From contig CAWGYA010000002.1 of the NCBI GenBank assembly GCA_963826715.1, positions 256,001 through 320,000 of the forward strand: a stretch of DNA of 64,000 nucleotides. Reading direction: 5' to 3'. Under the pieces are notes generated by a model, which saw only the letters and a program-made list of their open reading frames with translations, was not told the origin of the DNA and did not search any database. Shown one piece after another: positions 49,430-60,202 of the stretch. How positions within the stretch are numbered: the first letter of the stretch is position 1; the number at the start of each line of letters is the position of its first letter. This DNA is from Candidatus Bathyarchaeota archaeon (GTDB lineage: Archaea; Thermoproteota; Bathyarchaeia; Bathyarchaeales; Bathycorpusculaceae). A program made the translations under genes and the position numbers.

Positions 49430-49721
49430 TGGTAACCCATTCTGGAAGTGCCAGCTTATTTACTTAAAATTTTCCCAACAAAAATGCAATTTTATCAGAG
49501 ATTACGTTAAGTCAAAAAACCTTTCGCTCATTCCAATATTGCCTTCTGTCAGTCTGTACATATTAGGCTTAAAAGGCAAATATATTCATGTCCTGATCAT
49601 TATCTCCCTTATTTCATGCAAAATCTACTGGATATTCGAAGTGCACCGTTGATAAATCAGATCATTAAACGGTATCAGATTATATTGGCATTCAGAAATC
49701 CAATCGAACACTGACGGTGAG

Positions 49722-51329
49722 TTATTTTTTTGTCTTTAAGAAAATATACGCCGCTGCAAGAGCGATAATTATTATTACTAATGCCGCAACTACTAAAACA
49801 GTGGGAAACGTAGCAATTGTAAAATACATTTTCTGGTCAGATGTGTTTCCCAAGTCATCAGTGGCATATATGGTTATGCGATGAGACCCATCTGATAGTG
49901 CAGGCAAAGTGACGTTTCCGAGAATGGTAACAGTGTCCTGAGAGTCTAAGCTGTAAGCTAAATACTTAGCCGCCTCATCAATCGTGAATGACAATTGGAT
50001 ATCAGTTGAGTCATAAGATTGATTCTGCGGCGAAAGTACCGTGATACGTGGTCCCAACATATCTACTGAGAAATAAACTGTGTCTGAAGCACCCATATTC
50101 CCCATGCTATCATTAGCATAAATGGTTACGTAATGCCCTCCTTGACTAAGACCCAAAAGCTTTGTCGACGCTCCAAGGGTTATATTTGCCCTTCCATCTA
50201 CGCTGTATCCCATCCAAAAAATAGCCCTATTAACTGAAAAGTCCAACGTTACCTGTTGATATGTCCTGTTCCCAGGCGATGTAACCACAACTTTGGGCGG
50301 CACCGCTCCATAGCCCGCAGGTGTATATTGTTCAGTCGTATCAAGCCAATTTGTTCCGTCAAAGCCGCCTATTGCATAGAGAATATCTTTCACCACAACC
50401 AAACCAAGATATGCTCTACTGGTCGACATTGCCTCAATGTAGTTCCAAGAGTTATTTGATATGTTAAAAACTTGAGTCTGGCTACTAAAAACATCCGCCG
50501 AATATCCACCAACATAGTATATACGCTGAGGGGCAAGATAGCCTTCTGTTGCAGCCGCTGCGCCATAGCTAGATACTTCTTTTAGCGATGCTGCTTTGCT
50601 CCAATTGTCATTAACAGCGTCATAAACTTGGTTATTATTCACGATTACTGTGTTGCTCAACGAGTTCGGTTGCCTTGAACCACCCAAAAAGTAGATGCTG
50701 GTATCAACTACAGCAGAACCATAACCTTCAAGAGGAGTAGGCATCGACGTTCCAGTACTCCAAGTGTCGCTAGCAGGATCATAAATCTCATTTATGCCTG
50801 TTTCTATAGAATAGGGGCTGACATTGGAGTAGCGTTTTCCTCCGATTAGATATATTTTATCGTTAACAACATTTGCACATAAATCAGCTCTGGGAGTAGG
50901 CATTGAAGCTTTGGTTTGCCAAGAATTCGTAGCTGGATCATAAACTTCGTTGTTTCCTACATATCCGTTGCCAACTGTCCCACCAAAAACGTAGATTCTA
51001 TTTTGGTAAACAGCTACTGCAACACCACTTCGAGGCGTAGGCATAGCTGCTCTACTTTTCCAAGTATTGGTTGTAGGGCTGTATTCTTCGTTGTCATTGA
51101 GAGGGAAACTACTGCCGTTAATGCCGCCTATAGCGTAGATTTTTCCGTTTACAGCTGCCACACCAGAGCTGCCACGAGCTATCGACATAGGCGCTACATT
51201 GTTCCAAGCGGATGCGCCAGTTTCTGCAGCCGCAGGTGAAATGCTCAGGGCTAAACTTAATGTTGACAACAATGTCAATACAATAAGCATGTATGTTATG
51301 AGTTGGCTCTGCTTATTTATCGGTGACAC
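49722..51329 (-). CDS. secreted Kelch-repeat protein with two Ig-like domains and C-terminal anchor
   Basis: six GG...Y...W Kelch blades; two P.I...SP.N..Y...YS.D...G.H...IYA.D..GN repeats. Confidence 0.9.
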   Translation of the reverse strand: MSPINKQSQLITYMLIVLTLLSTLSLALSISPAAAETGASAWNNVAPMSIARGSSGVAAVNGKIYAIGGINGSSFPLNDNEEYSPTTNTWKSRAAMPTPRSGVAVAVYQNRIYVFGGTVGNGYVGNNEVYDPATNSWQTKASMPTPRADLCANVVNDKIYLIGGKRYSNVSPYSIETGINEIYDPASDTWSTGTSMPTPLEGYGSAVVDTSIYFLGGSRQPNSLSNTVIVNNNQVYDAVNDNWSKAASLKEVSSYGAAAATEGYLAPQRIYYVGGYSADVFSSQTQVFNISNNSWNYIEAMSTSRAYLGLVVVKDILYAIGGFDGTNWLDTTEQYTPAGYGAVPPKVVVTSPGNRTYQQVTLDFSVNRAIFWMGYSVDGRANITLGASTKLLGLSQGGHYVTIYANDSMGNMGASDTVYFSVDMLGPRITVLSPQNQSYDSTDIQLSFTIDEAAKYLAYSLDSQDTVTILGNVTLPALSDGSHRITIYATDDLGNTSDQKMYFTIATFPTVLVVAALVIIIIALAAAYIFLKTKK

Positions 51330-51437
51330 CCACGCTTCTCTGATTAGGTAGTAAATAACAGTTTATGCTTATATTCCTTAAACATAAGGATCCATATAAT
51401 CCATTTTTTTAATCGCGTGCAGTAGTTTGGGTAGAAA

Positions 51438-51932
51438 ATGTTTAATGCATCTAAAGATAATTCTAGTGGATATAATATGGTAATTAGTAAGGTTCTGGTT
51501 GCAGTCGACGGCTCCGAAAACTCTGAACGGGCACTTGACTTTACCTTAGATTTCGCAGAAAAATATGGAGCAGACTTAACTGCAATCAATGTTATGGAAT
51601 CTTCAGCGATGGCTACAGTTCCTGCAGACATTTCAGCTTACACTGGCGACAGCAGTATGGTAGTGGTCGCTAAGGAGTTAAGGAAGTTCCACGAGGATCT
51701 TTTAAAAAAAATATCTCTGAAGGCCAAAGCTACTAAACCTAACATTGCCATTTCAACTCTGCTTCGGGAAGGCAACCCTGCCTCAGAAATTATTTCGGCT
51801 GCTAAAGAAGGCAATTTTGATGTTGTTGTGATGGGACATAGAGGGGCAAGTAAGGTACGAGAGATTTTTTTGGGGAGTATCAGCGAGAAGGTTGCTCATT
51901 CACTAGACTGCACTTTCATAATAGTCAGATAA
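51438..51932 (+). CDS. universal stress protein
   Basis: VAVDGSE, VVMGHRG, LGSISEKV. Confidence 0.92.
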   Translation: MFNASKDNSSGYNMVISKVLVAVDGSENSERALDFTLDFAEKYGADLTAINVMESSAMATVPADISAYTGDSSMVVVAKELRKFHEDLLKKISLKAKATKPNIAISTLLREGNPASEIISAAKEGNFDVVVMGHRGASKVREIFLGSISEKVAHSLDCTFIIVR

Positions 51933-52165
51933 TTCTTCAAACAGAAATGCAGCAACAAAAATAGTAGGCTCGATTGAGGCAATTTTCAAAAAATCATTTA
52001 ACTTAAGTGAAGAAACAACAAACGAAGAAAAAACATAGAGCCCGTAATCATTCATCAATAGTGAAAAATTATCCAAGCAAGAAATAACCGAAATTTCAGA
52101 TCTATTGTAAGTAGAAAAAGTTTGCGCATTAAACCCTTAAATTTCTTTTCACTTTATCTTTAATT

Positions 52166-53077
52166 ATGATAACAGTTATTGGCGCGGGCAAAGTTGGAAG
52201 CGCCGCTGCTTTTGATATTCTTCGCTACAAAATAAGCGATGTTATCTTGATTGACACCAATAAGAATCAAGCGGAGGGGGAAGCTTTGGATATGATGCAG
52301 GCCGCACCCGCCATAGATTTCGATGGAACCATCCGTGGAACCAATGATTTTAGCGCTATGCGGGATTCTGAGCTAGTCATCGTAACGGCTGGAATGGGTA
52401 GACGACCTGATATGACACGTATTGATCTCATGAATATCAATGCGCAAATAATAAGAAGTATCACCCATGAAGTCGCCAAGTATGCACCAAATACAAATTT
52501 GATGATAGTTAGCAATCCGGTGGACATTATGACATATGTCAGCTTCAAAGAAACAGGTTTTCCACGGAGTCGACTCTTCGGAATGGGAAACATTCTGGAT
52601 GGCATGCGTTTCCGAACTTATATCGCAGAGGAGCTAGGGGTGTCACGTGAGGATACAAGGGCATTGGTAATTGGTGAACATGGCGATTCAATGGTGCCAC
52701 TCGTTGATTACGCTTCAGTTTCAGGCATACCCATAACAAGTTTACTGTCAACAGAGCAGATTGAACGTATAGTACATCGCACTATCACGTCAGGAGCTGA
52801 TGTTATTAAATTAAAAGGAAGCACTGAATATGCCCCCGGATCAGTGATTGCGATAACCGCAGATGCGATTTTAACTGGTAGAAATCGTGTCATGAGCGTT
52901 TCAACCTGCCTTGAGGGCGAATATGATCAATCATGCGTTTCCATTGGGGTTCCAGTAGTTCTGGGTAAACAGGGAGTTGAGAAAATAATTGAACTTGATT
53001 TATCACTGAAAACTAGACAGCGGTTTGAACAATCAGTTACCGCAGTTAAAAATGCAATTGCGGCACTAAAATATTAA
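52166..53077 (+). CDS. mdh: malate dehydrogenase (LDH-like)
   Basis: GAGKVG, RRPDMTR, VSNPVD, LDGMRF, GEHGD. Confidence 0.9.
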   Translation: MITVIGAGKVGSAAAFDILRYKISDVILIDTNKNQAEGEALDMMQAAPAIDFDGTIRGTNDFSAMRDSELVIVTAGMGRRPDMTRIDLMNINAQIIRSITHEVAKYAPNTNLMIVSNPVDIMTYVSFKETGFPRSRLFGMGNILDGMRFRTYIAEELGVSREDTRALVIGEHGDSMVPLVDYASVSGIPITSLLSTEQIERIVHRTITSGADVIKLKGSTEYAPGSVIAITADAILTGRNRVMSVSTCLEGEYDQSCVSIGVPVVLGKQGVEKIIELDLSLKTRQRFEQSVTAVKNAIAALKY

Positions 53078-53096
53078 TTTCTCTAAAAAGAGGAGT

Positions 53097-53300
53097 TTAG
53101 ATTTGAGGCTTAATTTTTGCACAGTAAAAGTTGCCATTTAACCGCACAAACGCCGGACATTTTCCGTCATCACAGTGCTCAAGCCATTGGCAAGGTGCAC
53201 GAATTTCGTGTATTCGTGGCATGTAACTTCTCAGGTTAATGATTTCCGTTTGAGTTTCTCTATGAGAGATTTGTTTAACAATTGTTTCCATTATTAACAC
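53097..53300 (-). CDS. Cys-rich small protein
   Basis: PCQWLEHCDDGKC...YC. Confidence 0.5.
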   Translation of the reverse strand: MLIMETIVKQISHRETQTEIINLRSYMPRIHEIRAPCQWLEHCDDGKCPAFVRLNGNFYCAKIKPQI

Positions 53301-53557
53301 CTTATTTTTTTACAAGCCTGATTAAAATATTATTGCACACCTGAAGTTAATTAAAAAATGTGACAGTCATTGTACAACAACAAAAACATATAAGCGCTTA
53401 AACGTTAAAAAGATAAAATTTTTAATTACCTGACATGAGTGCAAACTACTTTCATGCGTTATTAGATCGGCAAGTCCATAGAGACCTTTAGTTCCATCCG
53501 CAAAATAGAGCCTGCAACGTTAACTTTAATATTCAAAAACCTCCACATTAAGACATC

Positions 53558-54532
53558 TTGGTGAACCAGATGGATAAAGCATTAAGCCTCAATCAAATGG
53601 CTTGGCAAAAAGCCCAGGAACTTCTAAATAACCCCGAGTTGTACGGAATAGCCGTCACAAAATCTTCTACAGGAGCCACAATAATCGATGCAGGTGTCAA
53701 AGCATCTGGCGGATTTGCAGCAGGCAAAGTCTTAACCGAGCTGTGTTTAGGCAATGCAGGTAAAGTAGAATTGGGCTTCAAAACCTATGGTGAGATATTT
53801 TTTCCATCCATAACCGTCACTTCTGACCATCCTGCAGTCGCCATGTTGGGTAGTCAATTTGCTGGATGGCGTATCAAGGACGGCGACAACATAGCCATCG
53901 GCTCAGGACCGGTCCGGGCTCTAGCGCTTAAACCCAAGGAAATTTACGAGGAACTCGGCTACTTAGACAAAAGCGATAAAGCTGTCATCACATTGGAAAG
54001 CAACGTTTTACCCTCTGATGTGCTGGTGGAGAAAGTCTGCAAAAACGCAAACATCACCCCAGAAAACCTTATCATCGTTGTCGCCCCAACCGCCTCCGTT
54101 GCGGGTTTAACGCAGGTTGCGGGGCGCGTCGTGGAAGTAGGCATCCATAAACTCCACACGCTTGGCTTAGACCCCAAATGTATCCGCTACGCCATGGGCT
54201 ACGCACCAATTCCGCCCGTTGGACCCGACTTTGAAGTCGCGATGGCACGCACAAACGATGTTATCCTCTACGGGGGCACTGTCTACCTCACTGTGGACTA
54301 CGATGACGAAGCAAAACTGCAAAAACTGGTAAACGATGCTCCCTCAATCAACTCTAAAGACTACGGCAAGCCGTTTCTGCAGATTTTCCTTGATGCCGGC
54401 AAGGACTTCTACAAAATAGACCATGGCTTATTCGCCCCCGCAGCCTTGATGATTAACAACGCAAAAACAGGCAGAACATTTAAGGCGGGAAAAATAAATC
54501 CGCAAGTGTTAGCCCAAGCTCTGGGCTTCTAA
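53558..54532 (+). CDS. mch: methenyltetrahydromethanopterin cyclohydrolase
   Basis: GSQFAGW, GSGPVRALA, APTAS, TND..LYGG, DFYKID. Confidence 0.95.
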   Translation: MVNQMDKALSLNQMAWQKAQELLNNPELYGIAVTKSSTGATIIDAGVKASGGFAAGKVLTELCLGNAGKVELGFKTYGEIFFPSITVTSDHPAVAMLGSQFAGWRIKDGDNIAIGSGPVRALALKPKEIYEELGYLDKSDKAVITLESNVLPSDVLVEKVCKNANITPENLIIVVAPTASVAGLTQVAGRVVEVGIHKLHTLGLDPKCIRYAMGYAPIPPVGPDFEVAMARTNDVILYGGTVYLTVDYDDEAKLQKLVNDAPSINSKDYGKPFLQIFLDAGKDFYKIDHGLFAPAALMINNAKTGRTFKAGKINPQVLAQALGF

Positions 54533-54544
54533 AACTCCCTTTCT

Positions 54545-55171
54545 TTATTTAACAGCTATGCCGTTTTTTGCTTCTCCCGGCATTGTCAAATGGAGCACCT
54601 TCTGGACTCTACGCGCTATCAGCCAACCAATCGGAATCGTATAAAGCGCTAGTGTAGCATTAAAGATGGCTGCAAAGGGCAAATATGCATTTGTTAAAGC
54701 TTGGTCAAAACCGAAGCTTTTGAATCCTATTGGGTATGGCTGGGGCAAAGCGAAGTATAGCAGCACAGACATTAAGCTGACGCGGGTTAGGATGCCCAGT
54801 CCAGTTGCAATTGCAGCCCATTTCGCGCTGGATAGAATGCTTTTGTCCTTGTTTGAGCGGATTCTTTTGCCGATAATTACGGCTGAAAAAATTCCAATCT
54901 GCATCGCTAATGTTGCAGCAAGGTTGTATGCTGGTCCAGTTGGGAGGGCGCCGGGGAAGATTGCGAACAGCACAGCGGTGTTTAAGAGTGATACTCCTAG
55001 TCCGGCTACTGGACTAATTATTAGGAAGGCAATAACAACTGGGATTTCCCATACTTGGTAGATGAGGCCCTGTGCAAATGGGGCTGCGAAGCTTATGAAT
55101 GTAAAGTTGGGGTTAAGAGCTATTGCTAGTGCAGCGAAAACTATTGTTAGGGCGAGTTTTTTAGTGTTCAT
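54545..55171 (-). CDS. ECF transporter S-component-like membrane protein
   Basis: multi-TM, APF...YQVWEIP, FN motif. Confidence 0.75.
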   Translation of the reverse strand: MNTKKLALTIVFAALAIALNPNFTFISFAAPFAQGLIYQVWEIPVVIAFLIISPVAGLGVSLLNTAVLFAIFPGALPTGPAYNLAATLAMQIGIFSAVIIGKRIRSNKDKSILSSAKWAAIATGLGILTRVSLMSVLLYFALPQPYPIGFKSFGFDQALTNAYLPFAAIFNATLALYTIPIGWLIARRVQKVLHLTMPGEAKNGIAVK

Positions 55172-55300
55172 GTTTGCTGTTCCTCTTTTGGTGTTGAATG
55201 TGGCAGTTACCTATTTAAGAGTAGCTACCTAAAAAAGCGTATTGAATTTTGGCTAAAATTGATAAACAAGACAACCAATACAGTAGGTAAGTGAAGCGTC

Positions 55301-56554
55301 TTGACGGAAACAACCATCCAATTCTCCAACTCCACGGAAGCCAAACAATGGCTCGAAACCCAGAGCAGCACCATCCTCAGCCCCGTCCATACCCAAGCCA
55401 AAAAACTACGGGATGAAATGGACACATCCGTCCAAGCTGTCTCAGACGTAAGCAAAGCTCTCTTTGACACTAGTACCAAAGAAATCGAAAAACGAAACAT
55501 GAAACTCTACAACCGCGCCCGCGCCCTAAACAAGCTCGCTCGCCTCTTCCTTGACAGATTCAAAAAACTCACGCCGCCCGAAGAGGTCTCCTACGATAAT
55601 ATGAACAAGTACACTCAAGAAACCCAAAAAGTCTTCTTGGTTACGGAAATCGACATTAAAAACTGGTTCCCCCGAATCTCACCATTCTTCATCATGGATC
55701 GTAGAAAGTTTTTGGCCATCTATGAACGAGCCAAACAAGCCTACAATACCCTAAACGATTTTGTTACTAAAGAATACGTGAAAACCAAGACACTTGAGGA
55801 AGCACTCAATCAACTTAATGATTTACAGAATCTTGAACGCCAACTTTCCAGTTTAGAAGAAGAACATGAAGACATAAAGAGCGAACGGGATTCACTCGAA
55901 CGAGAAATCGTAGAACTTAATAAAAAAATCGAGGAAATAACAAGCGAAGGCCCCATCGATAAACTTAACATAGTTAACAACGAAATCGAGAATTTAACCT
56001 ACGCACTTAAGAACACCCTTCGCCACCTCCAGAAGCCTTTCATTAAAATGCAGGCGTTAGCAACTTCAGGCGGAGGCGGAGGTATCACCCCCGATGAAGT
56101 CCAAAAAATTAATCTTTACTTGGATTCGCCGTTTGACGCGCTTGTGTCAGAGCAGCCAGGTTACCCTAAGTTGCGGGAGATTCTGGAGAAGTTGGTAGAC
56201 TTGATTGAAAAAGACACGCTTAAACTAAAAGCAGATAAAGCCCGCAAAGCTGAACAATCAAGCAATGACATACTCCACAACCATTCCCTAAACAGCCTAC
56301 AAACTCATTGTGTTGAGATTGCGACAAGACGAGAACAGATAGTTGCATCAGCGAAAATGGATGAAATAAAACGCGACCTCACTCAATACCAAGAACAAGT
56401 AGACCAGCTAAAAGCACGCAAAACTAGCGTTGAAACCCATGAAACCGTAAAAGGCAACATCCACCAAGAAAACATCGATAAAATCAACAACCTCAAACGA
56501 ACAATAGAACGCAACATCTACACAGCAATCGACAAAAAAATCCAAATCGCTTAA
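55301..56554 (+). CDS. coiled-coil hypothetical protein
   Basis: 417 aa, long heptad segments, no NTPase motif. Confidence 0.75.
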   Translation: MTETTIQFSNSTEAKQWLETQSSTILSPVHTQAKKLRDEMDTSVQAVSDVSKALFDTSTKEIEKRNMKLYNRARALNKLARLFLDRFKKLTPPEEVSYDNMNKYTQETQKVFLVTEIDIKNWFPRISPFFIMDRRKFLAIYERAKQAYNTLNDFVTKEYVKTKTLEEALNQLNDLQNLERQLSSLEEEHEDIKSERDSLEREIVELNKKIEEITSEGPIDKLNIVNNEIENLTYALKNTLRHLQKPFIKMQALATSGGGGGITPDEVQKINLYLDSPFDALVSEQPGYPKLREILEKLVDLIEKDTLKLKADKARKAEQSSNDILHNHSLNSLQTHCVEIATRREQIVASAKMDEIKRDLTQYQEQVDQLKARKTSVETHETVKGNIHQENIDKINNLKRTIERNIYTAIDKKIQIA

Positions 56555-56657
56555 GCAACTCCAGAGGACAGAAGCTTTTGAAGTTGACAGCTAAAAAACA
56601 TGAGTCCTTAGATAAATGGTTATGTACCCTTTCGCCCTCAAAATAAGGAAGGTTTAG

Positions 56658-57674
56658 ATGCTGCAAACGGAATACGCTATCCAAACAAACGGTCTAACCA
56701 AAACCTTCAAAACCAAAAAAGTTCTCAATGCACATAGCTTCTTTAGAGCAAAAAACGGCGTACCCATCAACGCCATCGACAACCTCAATCTCAACATAAA
56801 ACATGGGCAACTCTTCGGACTTTTAGGACCTAATGGTGCAGGTAAAACCACTCTTGTAAAAATTCTCTGCACCCTACTGCCCCCTGACAGTGGAACAGCG
56901 AAAGTCAACGGCTACGACGTTGTTAAAGATCAGATGCAAGTCAAGCGTTCGTTAGGAACGCTTTTTAGTGTAGGAGAACGGGGCTTTTTTTGGCGGCTAA
57001 ACGGCTACCGCAACCTAGAGTTTTTTGCCTCCATATATAACGTGCCTCGCCAGAATCGACATGACCGAATCATGGAGGTGCTAAAACTAGTTGGTTTAGA
57101 GTCCAACGCCAATGAACTGTACCAGCGTTACTCCGGCGGCATGAAACGCAAGTTATCTTTGGCAAGGACACTTCTGGCAGATCCGCCAATTTTGCTTCTA
57201 GATGAACCCACCGTTGGGTTGGATGTGATTTCGTCACGTAGCATTAAAGACTTCGTTCAGCGTACTGTGAAGGAAACGGGAAAAACAGTTCTATACACTA
57301 CTCACTACATCGAAGAAGCGGCCCAAATCTGCACTCAAATCGGCATTCTGCGCCGCGGACAAATTATTGCGCTTGACTCTCCCGAGGCCATACGCAGAAT
57401 GATCAAAACAAGAGAACTCATATACATCGTCGTCCAGCAAATCAGCGCCCAGCAAATCGAAAAACTAGGCGCTCTGTCCCCTGTAACCAACTTGACCGAA
57501 AACGATCAGCATACAACGGGCAACCAAAAAGGGTTCTATATAGAACTGAAAAATATGGACCAGATTCATGAAATCTTTGATTTCCTTTTCAAACAACACA
57601 TTAAACTTGTAAACTTTCGTCTTGAAGAACCGACTTTGGAAGATGCGTTTATTGAGTTAACTGGGAGGGTATAA
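56658..57674 (+). CDS. ABC-2 exporter ATP-binding protein
   Basis: GPNGAGKTT, YSGG, LLDEPT, EPTLEDAF. Confidence 0.93.
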   Translation: MLQTEYAIQTNGLTKTFKTKKVLNAHSFFRAKNGVPINAIDNLNLNIKHGQLFGLLGPNGAGKTTLVKILCTLLPPDSGTAKVNGYDVVKDQMQVKRSLGTLFSVGERGFFWRLNGYRNLEFFASIYNVPRQNRHDRIMEVLKLVGLESNANELYQRYSGGMKRKLSLARTLLADPPILLLDEPTVGLDVISSRSIKDFVQRTVKETGKTVLYTTHYIEEAAQICTQIGILRRGQIIALDSPEAIRRMIKTRELIYIVVQQISAQQIEKLGALSPVTNLTENDQHTTGNQKGFYIELKNMDQIHEIFDFLFKQHIKLVNFRLEEPTLEDAFIELTGRV

Positions 57675-57715
57675 CGCTGGCGTTTTGGGATGAGCTAGAA
57701 AAAGTCTTCTACTTC

Positions 57716-58474
57716 ATGAAACGCGATGCAATAAGCTTCAGCACCTATAAAACCAATATAGCTATCCTAATCGCGACGGCACTATTCGGCGCCTTATCAT
57801 TCGCCTATTTGGGATCTAATGCATCAATGCAGACGGTTCTGCAACTCTACAACATGGACTTAACTACTTATCTGCTCATTGGTTTGGCTTTTAACACCTA
57901 TCTTAGCCAAAGCCTCACGCTGATTCAAAAAACCATTAACCCCTGGGCGCTTGAAGAAGTGCTAGTTTCACCTACTACTTTAAGAACATTCATTGTGGGA
58001 AGCTCGCTTTGGGGTTTTCTTTGGAGCACAGTAGTTGTCGTAGTATATCTTGCCATAGGAGTCTTTGTCTTCGATGTTTCATTAAGCATCAATGTGCTTG
58101 GCACGTTAATTGTGCTGGCACTAGGCGTTGGTACCTTCATCGGTTTTAGCATGATAGGTGCAGGCATACTCATCCTCACAAAACAGGGCGACCCCGTTAC
58201 GGCACTCATATCTATTGCAACCACCCTTTTTGGTAACGTGCTGTTCCCTCCGCAGGTTATGCCCCCTATATTGCAAGCCATCAGCTATTTGCTACCTCAA
58301 TACTACTTCTTCACATGCATCAGGCTCATGCTAACAGGCTGGACCATACCAATGATTCTACCCAACCTACTGGTGCTAGCGTTAATGTGTGCAATAATCA
58401 TGCCATTAGGTTACGGCGTATACACATGGTGCCTCAAAACGGCGCGGAAGAACGGAACCCTCTCCTGGTTCTAA
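57716..58474 (+). CDS. ABC-2 exporter permease
   Basis: multi-TM; start may be slightly further upstream. Confidence 0.88.
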   Translation: MKRDAISFSTYKTNIAILIATALFGALSFAYLGSNASMQTVLQLYNMDLTTYLLIGLAFNTYLSQSLTLIQKTINPWALEEVLVSPTTLRTFIVGSSLWGFLWSTVVVVVYLAIGVFVFDVSLSINVLGTLIVLALGVGTFIGFSMIGAGILILTKQGDPVTALISIATTLFGNVLFPPQVMPPILQAISYLLPQYYFFTCIRLMLTGWTIPMILPNLLVLALMCAIIMPLGYGVYTWCLKTARKNGTLSWF

Positions 58475-58494
58475 GCTCAATATATCAGGACAAA

Positions 58495-60201
58495 CTACCT
58501 TTTGCATTTAAGGGAAACAATTTTTTGGTAATTAACCTCAAAGGCAGCTACTGGCATTTCAAACTTCCAAGCTTCCAGCACCAACGGGTGAATTTCACCA
58601 ACAACACCCACATCAACGTCCTCCACTTTTACGGCGCCCACTCGACCCTCTATAAAGGTTGGATGCAATATCTCTTTGATTTGCCAATCAAAACCCAAAT
58701 TAGTCAAAAACGAATCCAGAATTGATTTGATTTCCGTAAAATTTGCATTGGGATGCGTGGAAGAAGCGGCAAGCCAATCCTCATCGCGAGTTCGAGTTTC
58801 AGCCAAAGGATCAGGATACGTGATTTTACCCAGCTCAAAGACTCTTTGAGGAAACTCGACAGATTGGTTAATAGAAAGGAACTCCATGATGCTAGGCAAT
58901 AACCAACTTCGCAGGCAGGTCATAGTGTTAACTTTAGGGTTTGCCAACTCCACTGTTGCAGTGGGCAGCCAATTCATTTTTCGATAAAGGATATCCTGAT
59001 TAGTTAGCGTGTTACTTAGAATTTCCTGGAAACCAAGCCCTACCATTAAGTCTCGGGCGGCATCAATTTGATTTTGTCCAGGTTTAGCTTGCCCAGTTGT
59101 TGGCAACTCACGCCAAAGCGGCTCAATATTGTTATAACCATAAGCAATCGCAATGTCTTCAATAATATCCACTTGATGCATGACGTCTACACGATAACAG
59201 GGAACCAATACATTGAGGAAGTGGGAGTTAATTTTTTCAAAGTCGAGTCCAGCAATACCTAACAAATCTGAAATGTCCTCTGCAGAAAGATCGAGACCGA
59301 GAAGGCGATTTGTTTCCGCCACACTTAACTTTAAGGATCTGCTATCAAAGTTTGGCGTAACAACTGTATTTTCACAATAACATGAACCCTGGGGATAGGT
59401 AATAGTAGCACGATAAGCACTACCACCACGGTCGATAAGCGCCAAAGTAACCAAATTAAGCGTGTTAAGGACAGTTCGATGTAGCGTACCTGTTACTTCA
59501 ACTAAGAGATTGCGGCTATCTTCGGTGATTTTTCCTAGGTCATTGCTGTTAATAATTGGCGGGAACGAGAGCACTTTACCTTCACTATCAAACAATATCG
59601 GATAGAGAGAATTGCATTTAACTATGTGACCATATTCGACACCTTTAGGGTGCTGGTTCAAAATCTCATCAAGACACATAGCCTCTTTGAAACCCAGCGG
59701 CACAAACCGCACCTCAGAAGGCGGAACCGCCTCGTACTTAATTGGCGGCTTTATGAGGTCGAGATTGTAGATCCCGATACTGGTTTTCTGACGGCTGCGT
59801 CCGTTGGTTTGATCAAGTTTATCCTGCAGGTGCATTATACCCTTAATGACTTGATCGCTGAGGTTTACACCTTTGACAACTGCGCAGCAGATATAAGGGC
59901 GAATACATTGGAGCCGAGTATCCACATTAACTTCTATCGCCGATTCTCCGAGGCTATAATGCTTAATGCCCTTTTCCTGCCCAAGAAAACCGCGTAGAGC
60001 ACGAGACAATCCCTCTACGCTCCATAGGTCAGCCCGAGCTGTATCCTTCATTTCAATACTAACAGAGGCCTCCTTCTGATCAAAAGACTTTACTTCGCCT
60101 TTGACGTAAACAAGGATCTCATCTAGCTTTTCCATGTCGCCATTCAAAGTTATGTTCAAGAGCCGCTGCAACTCATTGTAATCCACCTCAATTGTGGGCA
60201 T
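58495..60201 (-). CDS. pheT: phenylalanyl-tRNA synthetase beta subunit
   Basis: RADLWS.EG, SFPPIINS, R.DVMHQVDIIEDIAIAYGY. Confidence 0.96.
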   Translation of the reverse strand: MPTIEVDYNELQRLLNITLNGDMEKLDEILVYVKGEVKSFDQKEASVSIEMKDTARADLWSVEGLSRALRGFLGQEKGIKHYSLGESAIEVNVDTRLQCIRPYICCAVVKGVNLSDQVIKGIMHLQDKLDQTNGRSRQKTSIGIYNLDLIKPPIKYEAVPPSEVRFVPLGFKEAMCLDEILNQHPKGVEYGHIVKCNSLYPILFDSEGKVLSFPPIINSNDLGKITEDSRNLLVEVTGTLHRTVLNTLNLVTLALIDRGGSAYRATITYPQGSCYCENTVVTPNFDSRSLKLSVAETNRLLGLDLSAEDISDLLGIAGLDFEKINSHFLNVLVPCYRVDVMHQVDIIEDIAIAYGYNNIEPLWRELPTTGQAKPGQNQIDAARDLMVGLGFQEILSNTLTNQDILYRKMNWLPTATVELANPKVNTMTCLRSWLLPSIMEFLSINQSVEFPQRVFELGKITYPDPLAETRTRDEDWLAASSTHPNANFTEIKSILDSFLTNLGFDWQIKEILHPTFIEGRVGAVKVEDVDVGVVGEIHPLVLEAWKFEMPVAAFEVNYQKIVSLKCKR

Positions 60202-60202
60202 T

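Noticed and set aside
53558-54532. mch as evidence of methanogenesis
   Set aside because: Also part of the H4MPT Wood-Ljungdahl branch; no mcr or mtr genes in the window
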